The translations under genes and the position numbers were made by a program. A DNA stretch of 64,000 nt from assembly GCF_009914755.1 (NCBI RefSeq), contig NC_060934.1; one strand, written 5' to 3'. Positions 21,607 to 41,935 of the stretch are shown piece by piece. The stretch comes from the human T2T-CHM13v2.0 reference genome, Homo sapiens. The notes under the pieces are model-generated. The model was not told the origin of the DNA, searched no databases, and saw only the letters and a program-made list of their open reading frames with translations. The first letter of the stretch is position 1, and the number at the start of each line of letters is the position of its first letter.

Positions 21607-23875
21607 TGAACTCCTGAGTTCAGGTAATCTGCCGCCTCGGCCTCCCAAAGTGCTGGGATTATAGGCATGAGCCATCGTGCCCGGCCAACAGTGGTTGTTT
21701 TATCTCTGGTATGGAATATGGCTGTGGGGTGTGTGTGTACGTGCACACATGCACTTGTAAATGTTCTTGCTTTTTGCTTTTTTTTTTTTTGGAGACAGTG
21801 TCTCGCTCTGTTGCCCAGGCTGGAGTGCAGTGGTGCGATCCTGGCTTACTGCAACTTCTGCCACCAGAGTTCAAGCGATTCTCCTGCTTCAGCCTCCTGA
21901 GTAGCTGGACTACAGGTGCCTACCACCAAGTCTGGCTCATTTTTGTATTTTTAGTAGAGACGCGGTTTCACCATGTTGGTCAGGCTGGTCTTGAACTCTT
22001 GACCTCGTGATCTGCCCGCCTTGGTCTCCCAAAGTGCTGGGCTTACAGGCATGAGCCACCATGCCCGGCCTGTTTTTGATTTTTAAATATATATTACTTT
22101 TAGTACCTTTTATTTTAATTTGAGTTTCACTTGGTGGGTTGCTCCTGTAACACATTCACATAGTATGAAAGGGTATGCAGGAAAAAGTCTCTCATTTCCC
22201 TATCCCAACCACTGATTGCCTTTCTCTGGAAATGGCTGCAGTGACCAGTTTTCTAATCCTTCTATAGATAGTTTATAAATCTACAAATAATATGGATAGA
22301 CATATCTGCCTCCATTTTTACATAAATGTTAGCATATTACATGTATTATTTTTTCTTGGAAACAAATTTTCTTAAGTCATTAAAAAAATCCATGTATAAG
22401 TGCAAGGAAGTTAATAGCATTGTTCTAGGGTACAGAAACACTAGTTCTGTAGGATGTAAGTAGGGATTACATGAAAGAGAGTTTCCTAGTTCAGTGTGTT
22501 TGGATACCATGTTTAAACAGGTTTCATGAGTGCAGAGGCTTTGGGAGACCTTGGTATGCTGATGGTCTCCATCCAAGAGGCAGGGGAATAATCTGAATGC
22601 TCCAGTCTCATTCTACCAGCAAAGCCCGTTTTTGCTGAGCTCCTTGTGGGTAGATGTTGGAGGCGTTCCTGGGAAACTCTGGGTCCCTTTGGAGTATCTT
22701 CCTGTGGAAGGAGCTGATCATCTTGTCCCATGAGCCCAGGGCCCACCTTACAGAGAGCCATGTCTCAGAGCCCCATTGTGGAGTGGACAGAGATCACAGT
22801 AAAAACTACCCACGTCCCGCACCCAGGGAGGTGTGTGTGTTGGAGGATCATGGAAAGAACACTAGACATGAAGTCCGGGCCATCTGAAGAGTATTAACCA
22901 TGTGACCTGGGGCAGAGCAGTCCTCCCCTTATAAATGGCAGCCACCATGCTTGCCTTGCTCCAAAGTTGTGGCATTGGGATGCAGAAATGCCCTATTTGA
23001 AGATGTTATTCCCCAGACCTTCAACCCCACAGTGGAGGTTTCAGGAAGGGGCAGAGTTTGGACATCCCATAGGTTCATAGGTTTCATAGATCAGAGGGCT
23101 TTCAGAGGCCATCCTGGAGGTTTAGCTACATTCTGTGCTAGTGGAAAGTCACATTAAGCTTTTACAATGTAGAGAAATTTCTAGAACAGCTGGCTTTTAA
23201 TAGATGAGACAGAAACTGCTTGTCAAGATCATTTGCGATGTTAAGCTTATTCCATGATAATTGACTCTTTTTTCTCTTAATTTATCTTTTGAGGAAAAGG
23301 TATGCAAAGTGATCCTTTTTCTTGTTGATGCGAGGTGCCTCTCCATGGCTCTGTACCATTTCTTTTTTTTTTTTTTTTTTTTTGAGATGGAGTCTTGCTC
23401 TGTCACCCAGGCTGGAGTCCAGTGGCACGATCTCGGTTCACTGCAACCTCCGCCTCCCGGGTTCAAGCAGTTCTCTGCCTCAGCCTCCCGAGTAGCGGGG
23501 ATCATGGGTACCCGCCACCACACCTGGCTCATTTTTTGTATTTTTAGTAGAGATGGAATTTCACCATCTCGGCCAGGCTGATCTTGAACTCCTGACCTCG
23601 TGATTCACCTGCCTTGGCCTCCCAAAGTGCTGGGATTACAGGTGTGAGCCACTGCGCCTGGCCGGCTCTGTGCCATTTCTTTAGCAGTTCATTAAGGATT
23701 AGGAGGTCCCTTGTGAAATTCTTTGTAAACCAAACGAGCCTTTGACTCCCCGAGTCTAAAGCCATCAGCTGTGACTGTATTCATTTGATGGAAGGGAGAT
23801 GTAGGGTCTGGCAACGCATGGCTGACTGGTACTACATAATGGTAATTACTTATAAATTATATTTTTATATTTTAA

Positions 23876-24151
<276 letters not shown>

Positions 24152-24240
24152 TAGGTGAGATTTTGGTGATTTTGAATAGAACTATAATAACATTCATCAA
24201 CAGGTCTGTGGACATGTTTTCATTTCTTTTGGGTGAATAA

Positions 24241-24510
<270 letters not shown>

Positions 24511-24817
24511 TAGTTGGGATTACAGGTGCCCATCATCACGCCCAGCTAATTTTTTGTATTTTAAGTAGAGACAGAGTTTCACCATGTTGGCCAAGCTTGT
24601 CTTGAACTCCTTGACCTCAGATGATCCAACCACCTCAGCATCCCAAAGTGCTGGGATTACAGGTGTGAGCCACTGTGCCCGGCCTATTTTATTATTTTTG
24701 GCTGGACTAATAGTTGGATAGTGGGCCGGGCGCCATGGCTCACGCCTGTAATCCCAGCACTTTGGGAGGCCGAGGCGGGTGGATCACAAGGTCAGGAGAT
24801 CGAGACCATCCTGGCTA

Positions 24818-25103
<286 letters not shown>

Positions 25104-25143
25104 CTATGTCTGGATCTTCTTTTTTTTTTTTTTTTTTTTTTGA

Positions 25144-25248
<105 letters not shown>

Positions 25249-25251
25249 TGA

Positions 25252-25494
<243 letters not shown>

Positions 25495-25517
25495 TAGGAT
25501 TTCTTCATATATTTTAG

Positions 25518-25784
<267 letters not shown>

Positions 25785-25787
25785 TGA

Positions 25788-27200
<1,413 letters not shown>

Positions 27201-27636
27201 TGAACTCCTGACCTCAGTTGATCCACCTGCCCCGGCCCCCCAAAGTCCTGGGATTACAGGCATGAGCTACCACTCTTGGCCAGAGGTTGATTATTATTTT
27301 TTGCATATGGATGTCCAATTCTTCAGGAACTCCCTTGTTGAAAAGACTGTCCTTTCTCCATTGGATAACCCTGGCTTTTTGTCAAATAGCAATTGACCAC
27401 ATGTGTGTGTCTATTTCTAGACTGTTCTTTTTTCTTGATCGATACCCCTATGCTTTCTCCAATACTACAGTGTTTTCATTACTGTAGCTGTATAGAAGTC
27501 AGATATTCTGAGTCCTTCAAGTTTGTTTCTTTTTATTTGGTTATTATTGGTCCTTTGCTTTTTCCATGTAAACTTTAGAATCAACTTGTCTATTTCTAAA
27601 AAAAATTCTGCTTAGGTTTTTATTAGGATTGTGTTA

Positions 27637-27748
27637 GTGCTTGTTTTGGCAGCACATATACTAAAATTCAAACGATATAGAGAAGATTAGCATGGCCCCT
27701 GTGCAAGGGTGACATACAAATTAATGAAGGGTTCCAATTAAAAAGAAA
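27637..27748 (+). pseudogene. U6 snRNA retropseudogene (RNU6-P type)
   Basis: Near full-length match to U6 (GTGCTtGtTTtGGCAGCACATATACTAAAATT...AGAGAAGATTAGCATGGCCCCTG...GTTCCA); A-rich tail; TSD aggattRtgtta (27625-27636 / 27749-27760). Confidence 0.93.
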
Positions 27749-28107
27749 AGGATTATGTTAAATCTATAGATTAATTTCGGGAGAATTCACATCTTAACAA
27801 TCAATATTGGGTCTCCTGAGCTATGGAAGCAGTATATCTCTCTAGTAAATCTTGGTTTCTAATTCTGTTACAAATGTACCTTTTGACCTTGGAGTTCCTG
27901 AGTCTTTGAACACCTTCTGTGAAACAAAATGCCTTCCAGATACCAAGGAATAAGGAATTCAGGTGCTTGAAAAAGCCAGAAAATGGAAACCTCAGTAGAC
28001 TCATTTAAATTCTCCAGAGGCACAGTGGCACTGAGGATCAAAAAGGAACAAAATCCCTTGAGGAGAATTAGAACATCTGTATCAACTGAGGGGAAAAAAT
28101 ATTTTGA

Positions 28108-28555
<448 letters not shown>

Positions 28556-31442
28556 TAGAAGTTTTTTTTTTGTTTTGTTTTGTTTTTTGAGACGGAGTTT
28601 CGCTCTTGTTGCCCAGGCTGGAGTGCAATAATAGCATGATCTCAACTACCGCAACCTCCACCTCCCGGGTTTAAGCAGTTCTCCTGCCTCAGCCTCCCAA
28701 GTAGCTGGGATTACAGGCATGCACCACCAAGCCTGGCTAATTTTGTATTTTTAGTAGAGACGGGGTTTCTCCATGTTGGTCAGGCTGGTCTCAAACTCCC
28801 GACCTCAGGTGATCTGCCCGCCTCGGCCTCTCAGAGTCCTGGGATTACAGGCGTGAGCCACTGTGCCTGGCCAATAGAAGTATTTTTAAGTCTTCTCTTC
28901 TCCTGCCTCCATCTTGCCTGGAATAGATCAAGTCCTTTCCTTTAGTCGTTGATCAAGAACCATGCTGGGCCAGCCCTGACCTGGGTGCCAGGTGGGACAT
29001 AGTGAGGGACACTAGTCCTGTTGCCCTGAGGACACACCTGGAAAACACATCTGGCATTTTCCTTCCCATGTCTCCTTCAGGGCAGAGGCAAGGAGCCTGG
29101 CCCTTAGTCCCTGCTAATGGATCATAACTGGAAGATGCTAATTCCACCCAGACCTCAGCCAGGTCAGGCACAACCCAGCTGTACTACTCCCTGCCACCTA
29201 AGCCCAGTGGCCTGCAAGACCTTTCACCTTTCCACCCAGCTTTTGTGTGGGCTTTCCATGCTACTGCTTGGAGCTGCAATGCCACTGGTCAGGTTAGATA
29301 TTTAAGAAGGGGGAGGAGGGCCTTCAGATATGAGATGACGGGCAGTTTGCTTAACCTTTCATGCCTCTGCTTCCCGATCTGTGAAACAGATGATAATACT
29401 ACCAATTTCATAGTGTGGTTGCAAGGATTAAATGAAACAATACATATAAAGCACTTAGGAGAGGGCCCAGCACACAGTGAGCTATCAGTGAATGTGAGCA
29501 GTTTGTTTGTTTTGTTTTGTTTTTTGAGACAGTCTCACTCTGTCTCCCAGGCTGGAGTATAGTGGCATGATCATAGCTCACTGTAACCTCAAGTTCCTAG
29601 GCACGTGTGATTCTCCTGCCTCAGCCATCCAAGTAGCTAGGACTACACACTCTTGCTACCATGCCTGGCTAATTTTTTAAAAAATTTTCCTGTAGAGTTG
29701 AGTTCTTGCTGTGTTTCCCAGGCTGGTCTCAAACTCCTGGGCTCAAGCAATCCTGTTGCCTTGGGCTCCCAAAGTGCTGGAATTACAGGCATGAGCCACC
29801 GTGCCTGACAACGTTAGCAGTTAATTATTATTGTGGAACTCATAGGGTGCCAAGCCAGGCATGGGACCCACGTCTGGCATCTCAGGCTGTCCTGGAGGCC
29901 TCATTCTGTCACTCTGGAGCATATCCTTCGGCCATCTTGATTTCATGTGCTGAAAAATCACCATGGTATTAACACACAGGAACAACTTTCTTCTGAATTA
30001 GGACTACATTCTTGTAGCTCAGGCTTTGCTTTTTCAGGTTCAACCAGGCATTATTGGCCCTGTGTGTCCATGAGACCTGGATTCCAGTCCTAACTTCTCC
30101 CCTAACTGGCCAGCTCCTTCCAGTCTCTGAACTTTAGCTACAGTCTGTGGCATAGATGTGTTCCATGCTGTGATGTACTGTTCTCAACCCATTGAATCAC
30201 TGAGTGATTCTCTTAGGCCAGTAATTCCCGAACTCTTCCGATTATTTAATTTATAAATTACCATTTCTTAATAGTATGGAATGGCTCATATTATTTTTAA
30301 TTTATACAGGATGAAAATTATGCTTTGAAAAATGGACAGTTGTGATTTCTGCCCATCTGAGAGAGGGAGTTTCAGTCTCAGGGAGCTGTGGAAGGAGCCC
30401 TCAACCAGGGGAGGTTCATCTGTGGATCATGCTGGGGAGGACCCAGGGAGCTCAGGGCACCTCCTGCCCGGCCTTGTGCACAAGGCCTCTCCCATCTGAT
30501 TGGGCCAAGCGCTTGTACACAGAAAGCTAGTAAGGGTGGAAGCTTACAGGGTGAGATATGTTACTCAAATTCCTCTCATGATTGTTCTTTCATCCTTGTT
30601 CTAGATTTTGATTTCTGTTGCAATACAGGTTGAAAAATTACCTGCAAGGAGGAGTTTTTGTGTTTATTGATTTTTTATCACAGCATTTTTCCGAATCCTC
30701 TTCTCCTAAACTTACCATTCATCTGACTCTTCACAACCCTAAGAAAGATACGGCTTGCCCTTTAAATGGTAATTGTGGGTCATGTAAAATGGCCAGTACC
30801 TGGAAAGCAATAGCATTTGGGGATGGGGCTTTTCAGAAAGCCCAGAGCTGTGTTTTTTGTTTTTGTTTTTGTTTTGAGATGGAGTCTTGCTGTTGCCCAG
30901 GCTGGAGTCCAGTGGTGTGAGCTCGGCTCACTACAACCTCCACCTCCCGGGCTCAAGTGATTCTCTTGCCTCTGCCTCCTGAGTAGCTGGGACTACAGGC
31001 CACCACGCTTGGCTAATTTTTTGTATTTTTGGTAGAGATGGGGTTTCACCATGTTAGCCAGGATGATCTGGATCTCCTGACCTCATGATCTGCCTGCCTC
31101 GGCCTCCCAAAGTGCTGGGATTACAGGCATCAGCCACTGCACCCAGAATGTTTTTTGTTTTTAAACCGAAGCTTATTTCTCTAGCCCTGCAGTTGGCCAT
31201 AGTTATATTTGCTGGTTGAAAGCCTTGGTAATAAAAAGAGCTCCCCTCCCTCCCACCTTAAACACTTTCCAACTTAAAGTGCTGTAGAGCTCATTGGTTA
31301 CTTGATGGGCCTTCAGCACAAAGTGCATAAAATAGTTGAAGACATCCTTTTCAGAAGGAAGCCTGGTTATCAAACCAGGGCACTTTGCAAAGACAGTGCC
31401 TTCTATTTCCATTCACACACTTTCATCCCACACAATGGATTA

Positions 31443-31883
<441 letters not shown>

Positions 31884-32479
31884 TCACACCTGTAATTCCA
31901 ACACTTTGGGAAGCTGAGGGGAGGATCACTTGAGCCCAGGAGTTAGAGACCAGCCTGGGCAACATAGGGAGGAGCCTATCTCCACAAACAATAAATTAGC
32001 AAGGTGTGTTGTGTACACCTTTGGTCCCAGCTACTCAGGAGGCTGAGGTGGGAGGGTTGCTTGAGCCTGGGAGGTCAAGGTTGCAGTGAGCTGTCATTGT
32101 ATCACTGCACTCCAGCCTGGGCTACAGAGTGAGACTTTCTAAAAAAAAAAAAAAAAGAAAAAAGAGTGGAGAAAGGGAGATTCTAGGAAGTTGAGTGTTC
32201 TAAGAGTAAACTTAATTGTGTTTTAATTCACTTTCTAATATAATTATGATCCAATTGTGGTAGTAAAAAAAATCATTAAACTTATAAATATTTAAGGTGA
32301 TGGATATCCTAATTACCCTGATATGGTCTTTATGCACTATATGAATGTATGAATGTACCAGATTACCACATGTACCCCCCAAAATATGTACATCTATTTG
32401 CTGGGCACAGTGGCTCACACCTGTAATCCCAGCACTTTGGGAGGCTGAGGCAGGTGGATCATTTGAGGTCAGGAGTTCA

Positions 32480-32990
<511 letters not shown>

Positions 32991-33089
32991 TTATCTCACT
33001 GTCTTCTGACCTCTGTTGTTTCTGATGAGAAGTCAGCTGTTAATCTTATTGTGATTTGCCTGTATGAGTTTAAGTTTTTCTCTTACTGA

Positions 33090-33401
<312 letters not shown>

Positions 33402-33605
33402 CTCTTACTGCTTTTAAGATTTTTTTGTCTTTTTTTTTTTTCTCCAAGACAGGGTCTCAATCTATTGCCCAGGCTGTAGCGCAGTCTCACGATCATAGCT
33501 CACTGCAGCCTCAGCTCCTGGGCTCAAGAGATATTCCTGCCTCAGCCTCCTGAGTAACTGGGACTACAGGCACATGCCACCATGCCTGGCTAATTTTTTT
33601 TTTGA

Positions 33606-34081
<476 letters not shown>

Positions 34082-34428
34082 TAATGTGATCAGCAGGTGC
34101 TAGGACCCAATCCGCTGGGTTCGCCTTAAGCAGCACTTATTCAGCTATTGCCTGCAGAACTCGCGAGGGCAGGATGAGATCAACCCCACTGTGTGGTCTT
34201 AGCTCACCCTCCAAGGCTTCTGGTTTTAGTCAGTTGAACAAATCTCATTTACCATAAAGGTTTACTTTAGAAAGGCTGGTGACTCTCAAGTTTCTGAATT
34301 AACCTGGCTCAAGACATATAGCTGGGTGTATTATTAATTTGGTAAGACTTTGTCATGGCCTGCAAGGGAGAAATCTGTAGCAAATTCTGTCTTCTGTATA
34401 ATTGGCCAGTGATTTGAAACTGACCTGA

Positions 34429-34707
<279 letters not shown>

Positions 34708-34768
34708 TAGTAGAGCCAGGGTTTTTCCATGTTGGTCAGGGTGGTCTCAAACTCCCGACCTCAGGTGA

Positions 34769-35017
<249 letters not shown>

Positions 35018-35985
35018 TAGTAGAGAAGGAGTTTCACCATGTTGGTCAGGCTGATCTCGAACTCCTGACTTCAGGTGATCCACCCGCCTTAGCCTCCTAA
35101 AGTGCTGGGATTACAGGTGTGAGCCACTGTGCCCAGCCCGTTTTTTGTCTTTTGAGACAAGGTCTCTTTCTGTCACCCAGGCTGGAGTCTATTGGTGCAA
35201 TCACGGCTCACTGCATGCAGCCTTGACCTCTCTGGGCTCAGGTGATCCTCCCACCTCAGCCTCCCGAGTAGCTGGGACTACAGGTGCATGCCACCACGCC
35301 TGGCTAATTTTTGTTATTTTTAGTAGAGATTGGGTTTCACCATGTTGTCCAGGCTGATCTTGAACTCCTGAACTCAAGGAATCTGCCCACCTTGGCCTCT
35401 TAAAGTGCTGGGGTTACAGGTGTGAGCCACTCCACCTGGCCCATACCACCTTTCCAATGGCATAACTCACTACAGGTATGCTGCCCACAGAGTGCATGTC
35501 TGAGGGCTACTTGATCTACCTGGGGTGTTTTCTCAAAGACTTGAACCACCTCTAGGTATAAGCCAGTGTTTTTTACCAGAGATAAATTAATGCCTACCTT
35601 TCATATGCATGACCCCAGAGGGCACACATGGCACCCCTGGTAACAAAGAGTTTACAGTTGTTAGGGCTACCAAGTAAGACATTACCTTCTAGGCATGCAC
35701 AGTAGATAAGGCTCCTAATGCCTAGGGAGGAGGATTGCTTGAGTTGGAGACCAGCCTGGGCAACATAGCCAGACTATCTCTACAAAAAATTTTAAAATTA
35801 GCTAAGCATGGTGGTGCATGCCTGTGGTCCCAGGTACTGGAGATGCAGCTACTTGGGATGCTGAGGTGAGAGGATCCCTTGAACCTAGGAGTTTGAGGTT
35901 ATAGTGAGCTGTGATCACACCACTGCACTCCAGCCTGGGTGACAGAAAGACTGTTTCTTAAAAAAAAATTTTTTTTTTTTTTTGA

Positions 35986-36276
<291 letters not shown>

Positions 36277-39200
36277 TAACTCTTAAAGACTTGTTTTTTG
36301 AGACTGGGTCTCGCTGTATCACCCAGGCTGGAGTGCAGTGGCATGATCTCAGTTCACTGCGGCCTCGACCTCCCCAGCTTAAGCGATCCTCCCGCCTCAG
36401 CCTCACATAGCTGGGACCTCAGATGTACACCACCAAGCCAGGCTAATTTTTAAATTTTTAAATTTTTTGTAGTGATGGGATCTCATTATATTACCCAGGC
36501 TGGTCTCTAACTCCTGGGCTTAAGTGATCCTCCCACCTCAGCCTCCCAAAATGGCAGGATTATAGGCGTAAGTCACTGCACCTGGCTAAAAAAAGGAAAA
36601 AAAAAACAAAAAAAGACTCTTAATGTGTCCTCTCATCTCCCATCAGCTGATAAACTTGGGGGCCCCTCCCAATTCAGCCCAAATAATTCAGGTCAGTTCT
36701 TGTTTTCAGAGGGACTTCCTGGGGGCAGTTTTAAGCAGTCCTGCCCAATTCATCTGTCCTGCTGTGTTATGACATCTGGAGGTGTGCAAGATGTTATGTG
36801 TGGACCGTATGTGAGCTGGGACCATCCCCTACTGTCTGTGACCAGAGCTGTCAGTCAGAAATGGTGTACTCAGCAGTCAGTCTGAATTCAGAGTGCTCAC
36901 TGCACCCAGAAGAGCAGTCAGGAAGAGGGCACAGGGTAGCAGGTTGGGAGAGCAGGGCAAAATGCTCTCCTCATGTTTTAGGACTTCCTCCTTAGTTCAG
37001 CTAAAGATGGGTCACGTGCTGGGATTAGAGGTGTGAGCCACTGCACCTGGACCAAAGCTGTTTTTAAACTCCTCTTTTTTTCCAAAGTTTTGCTCAAACC
37101 CTAACAGTTAAATTCAGCATTTACAGGGATAAAATTGCAGCTGCAGGGAGAAGCTATTTCCTCCCTGCTTGGAGGAAATGCAAAAAGGGAGGCAGAATGC
37201 AGGTGACAGCATGGCGTATGAGAGCTCTCCTTCTCCTTCTCCCCGTTTGGACCCTAGGAGAGAAGTCTCCAGGACTGTTTCTGCTGCTCACAGAGGTTTC
37301 TGTCTGCATTCCTCAGCATCCGTCTCCCACGTGGGCACGAGGGTGCTAGTACCTGACACAACTATCAACATTCAAATCTCTCCCCTACACTGTTGTTTCC
37401 CCTGTGTAGGGGACTAGTGCAGTACCTCCTGAGACAGGAAGATCAGCTGGGGTAGGAAGGGAACTAAGGATTAGAGGAGAACAGAAAAGTGTCTCCAAGT
37501 CAGTAGGCCAGACACCCTCCTCCTTGCTGCAGCGTGGCCCTGCAGCCCTCATAGACCCACTCTGGCTGAGGGAGCCTCAAGAACCCTCTCCCTCTCACTG
37601 CAATGAGACAGCGACAGAAACTTCTCTCGTTCCACCTAAAGCTCATCTCTAAGAATTTCCAGGTCCCTTCCCCTCCCACCTGGGGAGGACAGCAAAATCC
37701 AAAGGTGCCATTCTGGCAGCATTTTCCAAGCCTACCTCCTGATCCCTGGCTAACACATTTTCCAGTCCTTTCAGTAGGTCTGTGCTGGTTCCCATAGATA
37801 TTGCTCCAATCCTCCTAACCAACTACAGGCCCTTGTCTGTCTCTTCCAGTAAACCAGGTGACAAGTAGGACCCTATCATCTTTGTTGCCATAACTGTTGG
37901 GATTTTAATAGTCATCTTTATTAATTTTATTTTGAATGCAAACATGGTGTCTTCTGCATCAGAAGCATTTGTTATTTACAGAGTAAGAGAAAAAAATAAT
38001 ATGCAAATAATTATAACTACATAGGCACTCCCTACCCCAGGGCTTACCCCAGGGTGGTAGGATGAAAGATGGAAAAATCTCCAGCCGTAGTGGTCAGACA
38101 CTTCATAGGTGAGGGACAGAGAAAAATGGAATTTCTTTGTTTACATGAAGGAGAAAAAGGCAACTGCTTCCCTCCCCTCCTGAAAGGAGGGAGGAAGCAT
38201 CTTTGCTGCCTGGAGACAAAATGGAAGGATCCCGGGTTCTCTATTTAACCTTCTGGAATATACATCTTTCTGGGAGCCAGGTCAGCTCTGGTGGCTCCAG
38301 TTTTTATGTCCTAGGCATGTCTCCAAGGTCCTGGGCCTCATTTTCCCTTCAGATGTAAACACACGCTCAGAGTTAGGTAAATCTTTCTGGAGTCTCTCAC
38401 TATACAGTTGTAAAATAACTTAGCTAAGGATCCCAAGTTTGCAGTGACATTTATCCTAAACCCAATTCTTAAAAGACAAAGATTCTGTTTCTCTTGCTAC
38501 TGACTGCTCCTTTGGGTCACATTAGAAGCAGGATGGGTGTGGAGTGGTGACCCAGCAGTCCATGCTGCTCCAGGCTCATGAGAATTGGCTTTGCCCCCTA
38601 AATTAGAGCTGAGGCACCATGCACTGGGCTGCCAGGCTGGAGCCTGAGGTGGTGGTGGGAAAGGGAGGAGGTGGCCTGGGCATGAGGGTTGGTGAAGGGA
38701 GCTTCAGGTGAGAAAGCCTGGTAGGAGCAGGAGAACTGGCTGTGGGGCACTTGGGAGAGGGGATGTCTCATAAGTGGAGAACATCAGTCTTAGGTGCCTA
38801 AAAAGGAAGAAGGGGCTAGAAAAGCAATAAGGCAGGAAGCAAGTGTATTTAAAAGAGATGTTGGAGCTCCTTTTCTAGACTGAAACCCAAGAGAATCTGA
38901 GTTCTTGTCTAGAATGGGGTTAGGTTGTTGTGTCAGTGTGCAAAGTCCCTGGAAAAGCCAGATAGCCTGTGCAGATGGACCTCGCTTGTTCTGCCTGGTC
39001 ACACTGAGAAAACCTCCAGGATGCCATGGGTCAATGGTACAGTAATGGATGGCTTAGTGTGAAGAAGGTGGCCAGCTCCTAGAAGCAGAAGTCGGGTGAC
39101 CCTCCCACGTAGAGATCAGAGCTGCTGACCTACAGCCTCAGTTGAGATTTCTTAAGAGTTGCAAACTTTACATTTGGTTTCTAAGGCAATGGCCTTGTGA

Positions 39201-41195
39201 ACATATACTGCAGTCCTGCTGAGGAGCGGTCACCTCCACCCAGATATAACCTGAAACCTTCCTTCTGTGCTGAAGAAAAGGGAATTCACAGTCTTAAAGT
39301 TGAACAGTTTGTGTCTTTAAAATTTCTAACAGCCTAGAAATGCTTCTTAGTAAAACTACATTTATGTGAATTGTATCCCTGAAGTGGCTTTTATCTTTTA
39401 AAAGTTAATATTTCAGAGGCCACAGAGTCTGTAATCAACTTGAAAGCAGCTGGGAGACCTGAAAGACACTATTAATGCAGAAACTCAGTGATGCTTTCCA
39501 GATTGGGACACGAGCGGTTCAGAGGTTGGGAGAGAGGGTGGGCAATGGGGTAGAGTGGCTAAGCAGGGATGGGGAAGCACCTGAGGGTGTAGATAGGCCT
39601 TCCTGGATTCTTGTGCAGGTCCTGTTTATTATTCTGGGCCACTTGAGCCCCTCTTCCATCAGTAGGAGAGAAGCAGGCAAGGCTGCAGTTTCTGTGATGC
39701 TTTTGGTAACGTATATGTATATGTGTATAGTCTGGGCTAAATGGTAGCACTACACATGTTTTATCTCATGATGCAAAGTGGAGCCCTATCCCAGCTCCTG
39801 TCACCACAAAGCCTGGGAGTGGGAGGCCTCTGCTGGGCTTCGTCACCTCCACACCAACCCTGCCCACAGAGACCTGGGGCCTGGGTGGATCCAGGTTCTT
39901 TGGGGACTCACAGCAACTTTCTTCAGCAAATGGCAGGGATTGCCTGCTTCTGAAATATACATGATGTTAGTCATTATTTGCCCCTCTAAGTTCTGAGCTA
40001 ATCCTGTATTGATGTTAACAGTGATAGTGGCTTATTGTCTCCATTTCACAAGACTTCCTTTCAGAAGTGATTGAAAGGCATCCCATTCTCAGGGCCATAA
40101 CTGTAGATACCCATTTTGAGAGCAACCTATTCTTTGAACAGCTGTGACAGTTCTTATCTTCCCCTCTGTGATTTCTGCATGCTGTAAGGAAATACTTCCT
40201 CATCCAGGAAGAGTGCCTATCACTATCTTATCAGTATGAATTAAAAACTAGGCAATCCTAGTTGAAGCTTCTGCATCTCATCTCAAAGCTTCTGCATCCC
40301 AAACTTGACGTGATGCAGGTAAAGCAGCAGCAGTCCTGACACTTTTTCTGTAAATATCTATCATGTAGCCAGCTCATGGGAGTTAATGTGTTGAAAATAA
40401 GTATTTAGTGTGTTGTCAAATCCAGAAGGTCTAATCAAGCCCTTAGCAAGACAAATGTTTTGCTCACAGCAGAAAAAATGAGGAGGCAATAAATGCCTAA
40501 TGTCCTTGGCTAGGTATTTTGGTTAGAGCGGTGTTTTGTTGCAGATTGTAGAAAGTCTTCTAAAAATGACTTGAACAAATGAGGGACAGATTCCAACAAG
40601 AAGCTTGGAAGTAGGTAGCCTGGGTGAGCTTGGCTCAGCAAGGCTGTCTGAGACTTGGGCCTTTGATTTCTGCTTCATCTTCCTAGTAGATGATCTTTTG
40701 ACATCATGCTTGTCTTTTGACATCATGGTCAGAAAATGAAAAACCATGATCTTTTGACATCATGGTCAGAAAATGGTTGCATCCTCTGCAAGATCCAAGC
40801 AGGAAGAAAGAATCGGAGATGAAGGAAGGGCCTTTAAAAAAGTTTCACTGGCGGCTATGCGTGGTGGCTCATGCCTGTAATCCCAGCACTATGGGAGGTC
40901 GAGATGGGCAGATCACGAGGTCCAGAGTTCGAGACCAGCCTGGCCAACATGGTGAAACCCCAAAAATTAGCATGGTGGCGGGTGCTTGTAATCCCAGCTA
41001 CTCGGGAGGCTGAGGCAGAAGAATCACTTGGACCCAGGAGGCGGACGTTGCAGTGACTCAAGATCATGCCACTGCACCCCAGCCTCGGTGACAGAGCAAG
41101 ACTCTGTCTCGGTGGGGGAAAGAGTCTCATTGGTCCAGGCATGGTGGCTCACACCTGTAATCTCAGCACTTTGGGAGGCTGAGGCAGGTGGATCA

Positions 41196-41453
<258 letters not shown>

Positions 41454-41935
41454 TTATGTCATATGTCTGTTAAGTTATGAGGCTGGGAAATTGAGCATGA
41501 TGCTTTCCTGCCTCCATACTAGAGGAAGGCGAGGGAAAATTTGATTGGGTGTGTGTGTTAAATGGGCCAACCAGTGTTATCTGCCACAAGGGATCACAAT
41601 AAAATATCACTGAATAGGATGGGCCACTGAGGTATGCCTCTCAGAAATGAAGTAGGGCTAGTAGAAGGCTTTGGCAGTGTATGTTCCTTCTTCTTAGGTG
41701 AGGAGAAGGTCATGGGGACTGATGCCTGGTCAAATAGGCTATGGGAGTTGGGAAAAGAAAAGTCAGGATTGGCCGGGCGCGGTGGCTCACACCTGTAATC
41801 CCAGCTCTTTGGGAGCCCAAGGTGGGCAGATCACCTGAGTTCAGGAGTTCAAGACCAGCCTGACCAACATGGAGAAACCCTGTCTCTACTAAAAATACAA
41901 AATTAGCCGGGCATGATGGCACATGCCTATAATCC

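Noticed and set aside
22513-22761. Coding-looking minus-strand stretch in unique intronic DNA (similar at 14810-15031)
   Set aside because: No recognisable protein homology in any frame; short frames; no poly-A or TSD to indicate a retrocopy
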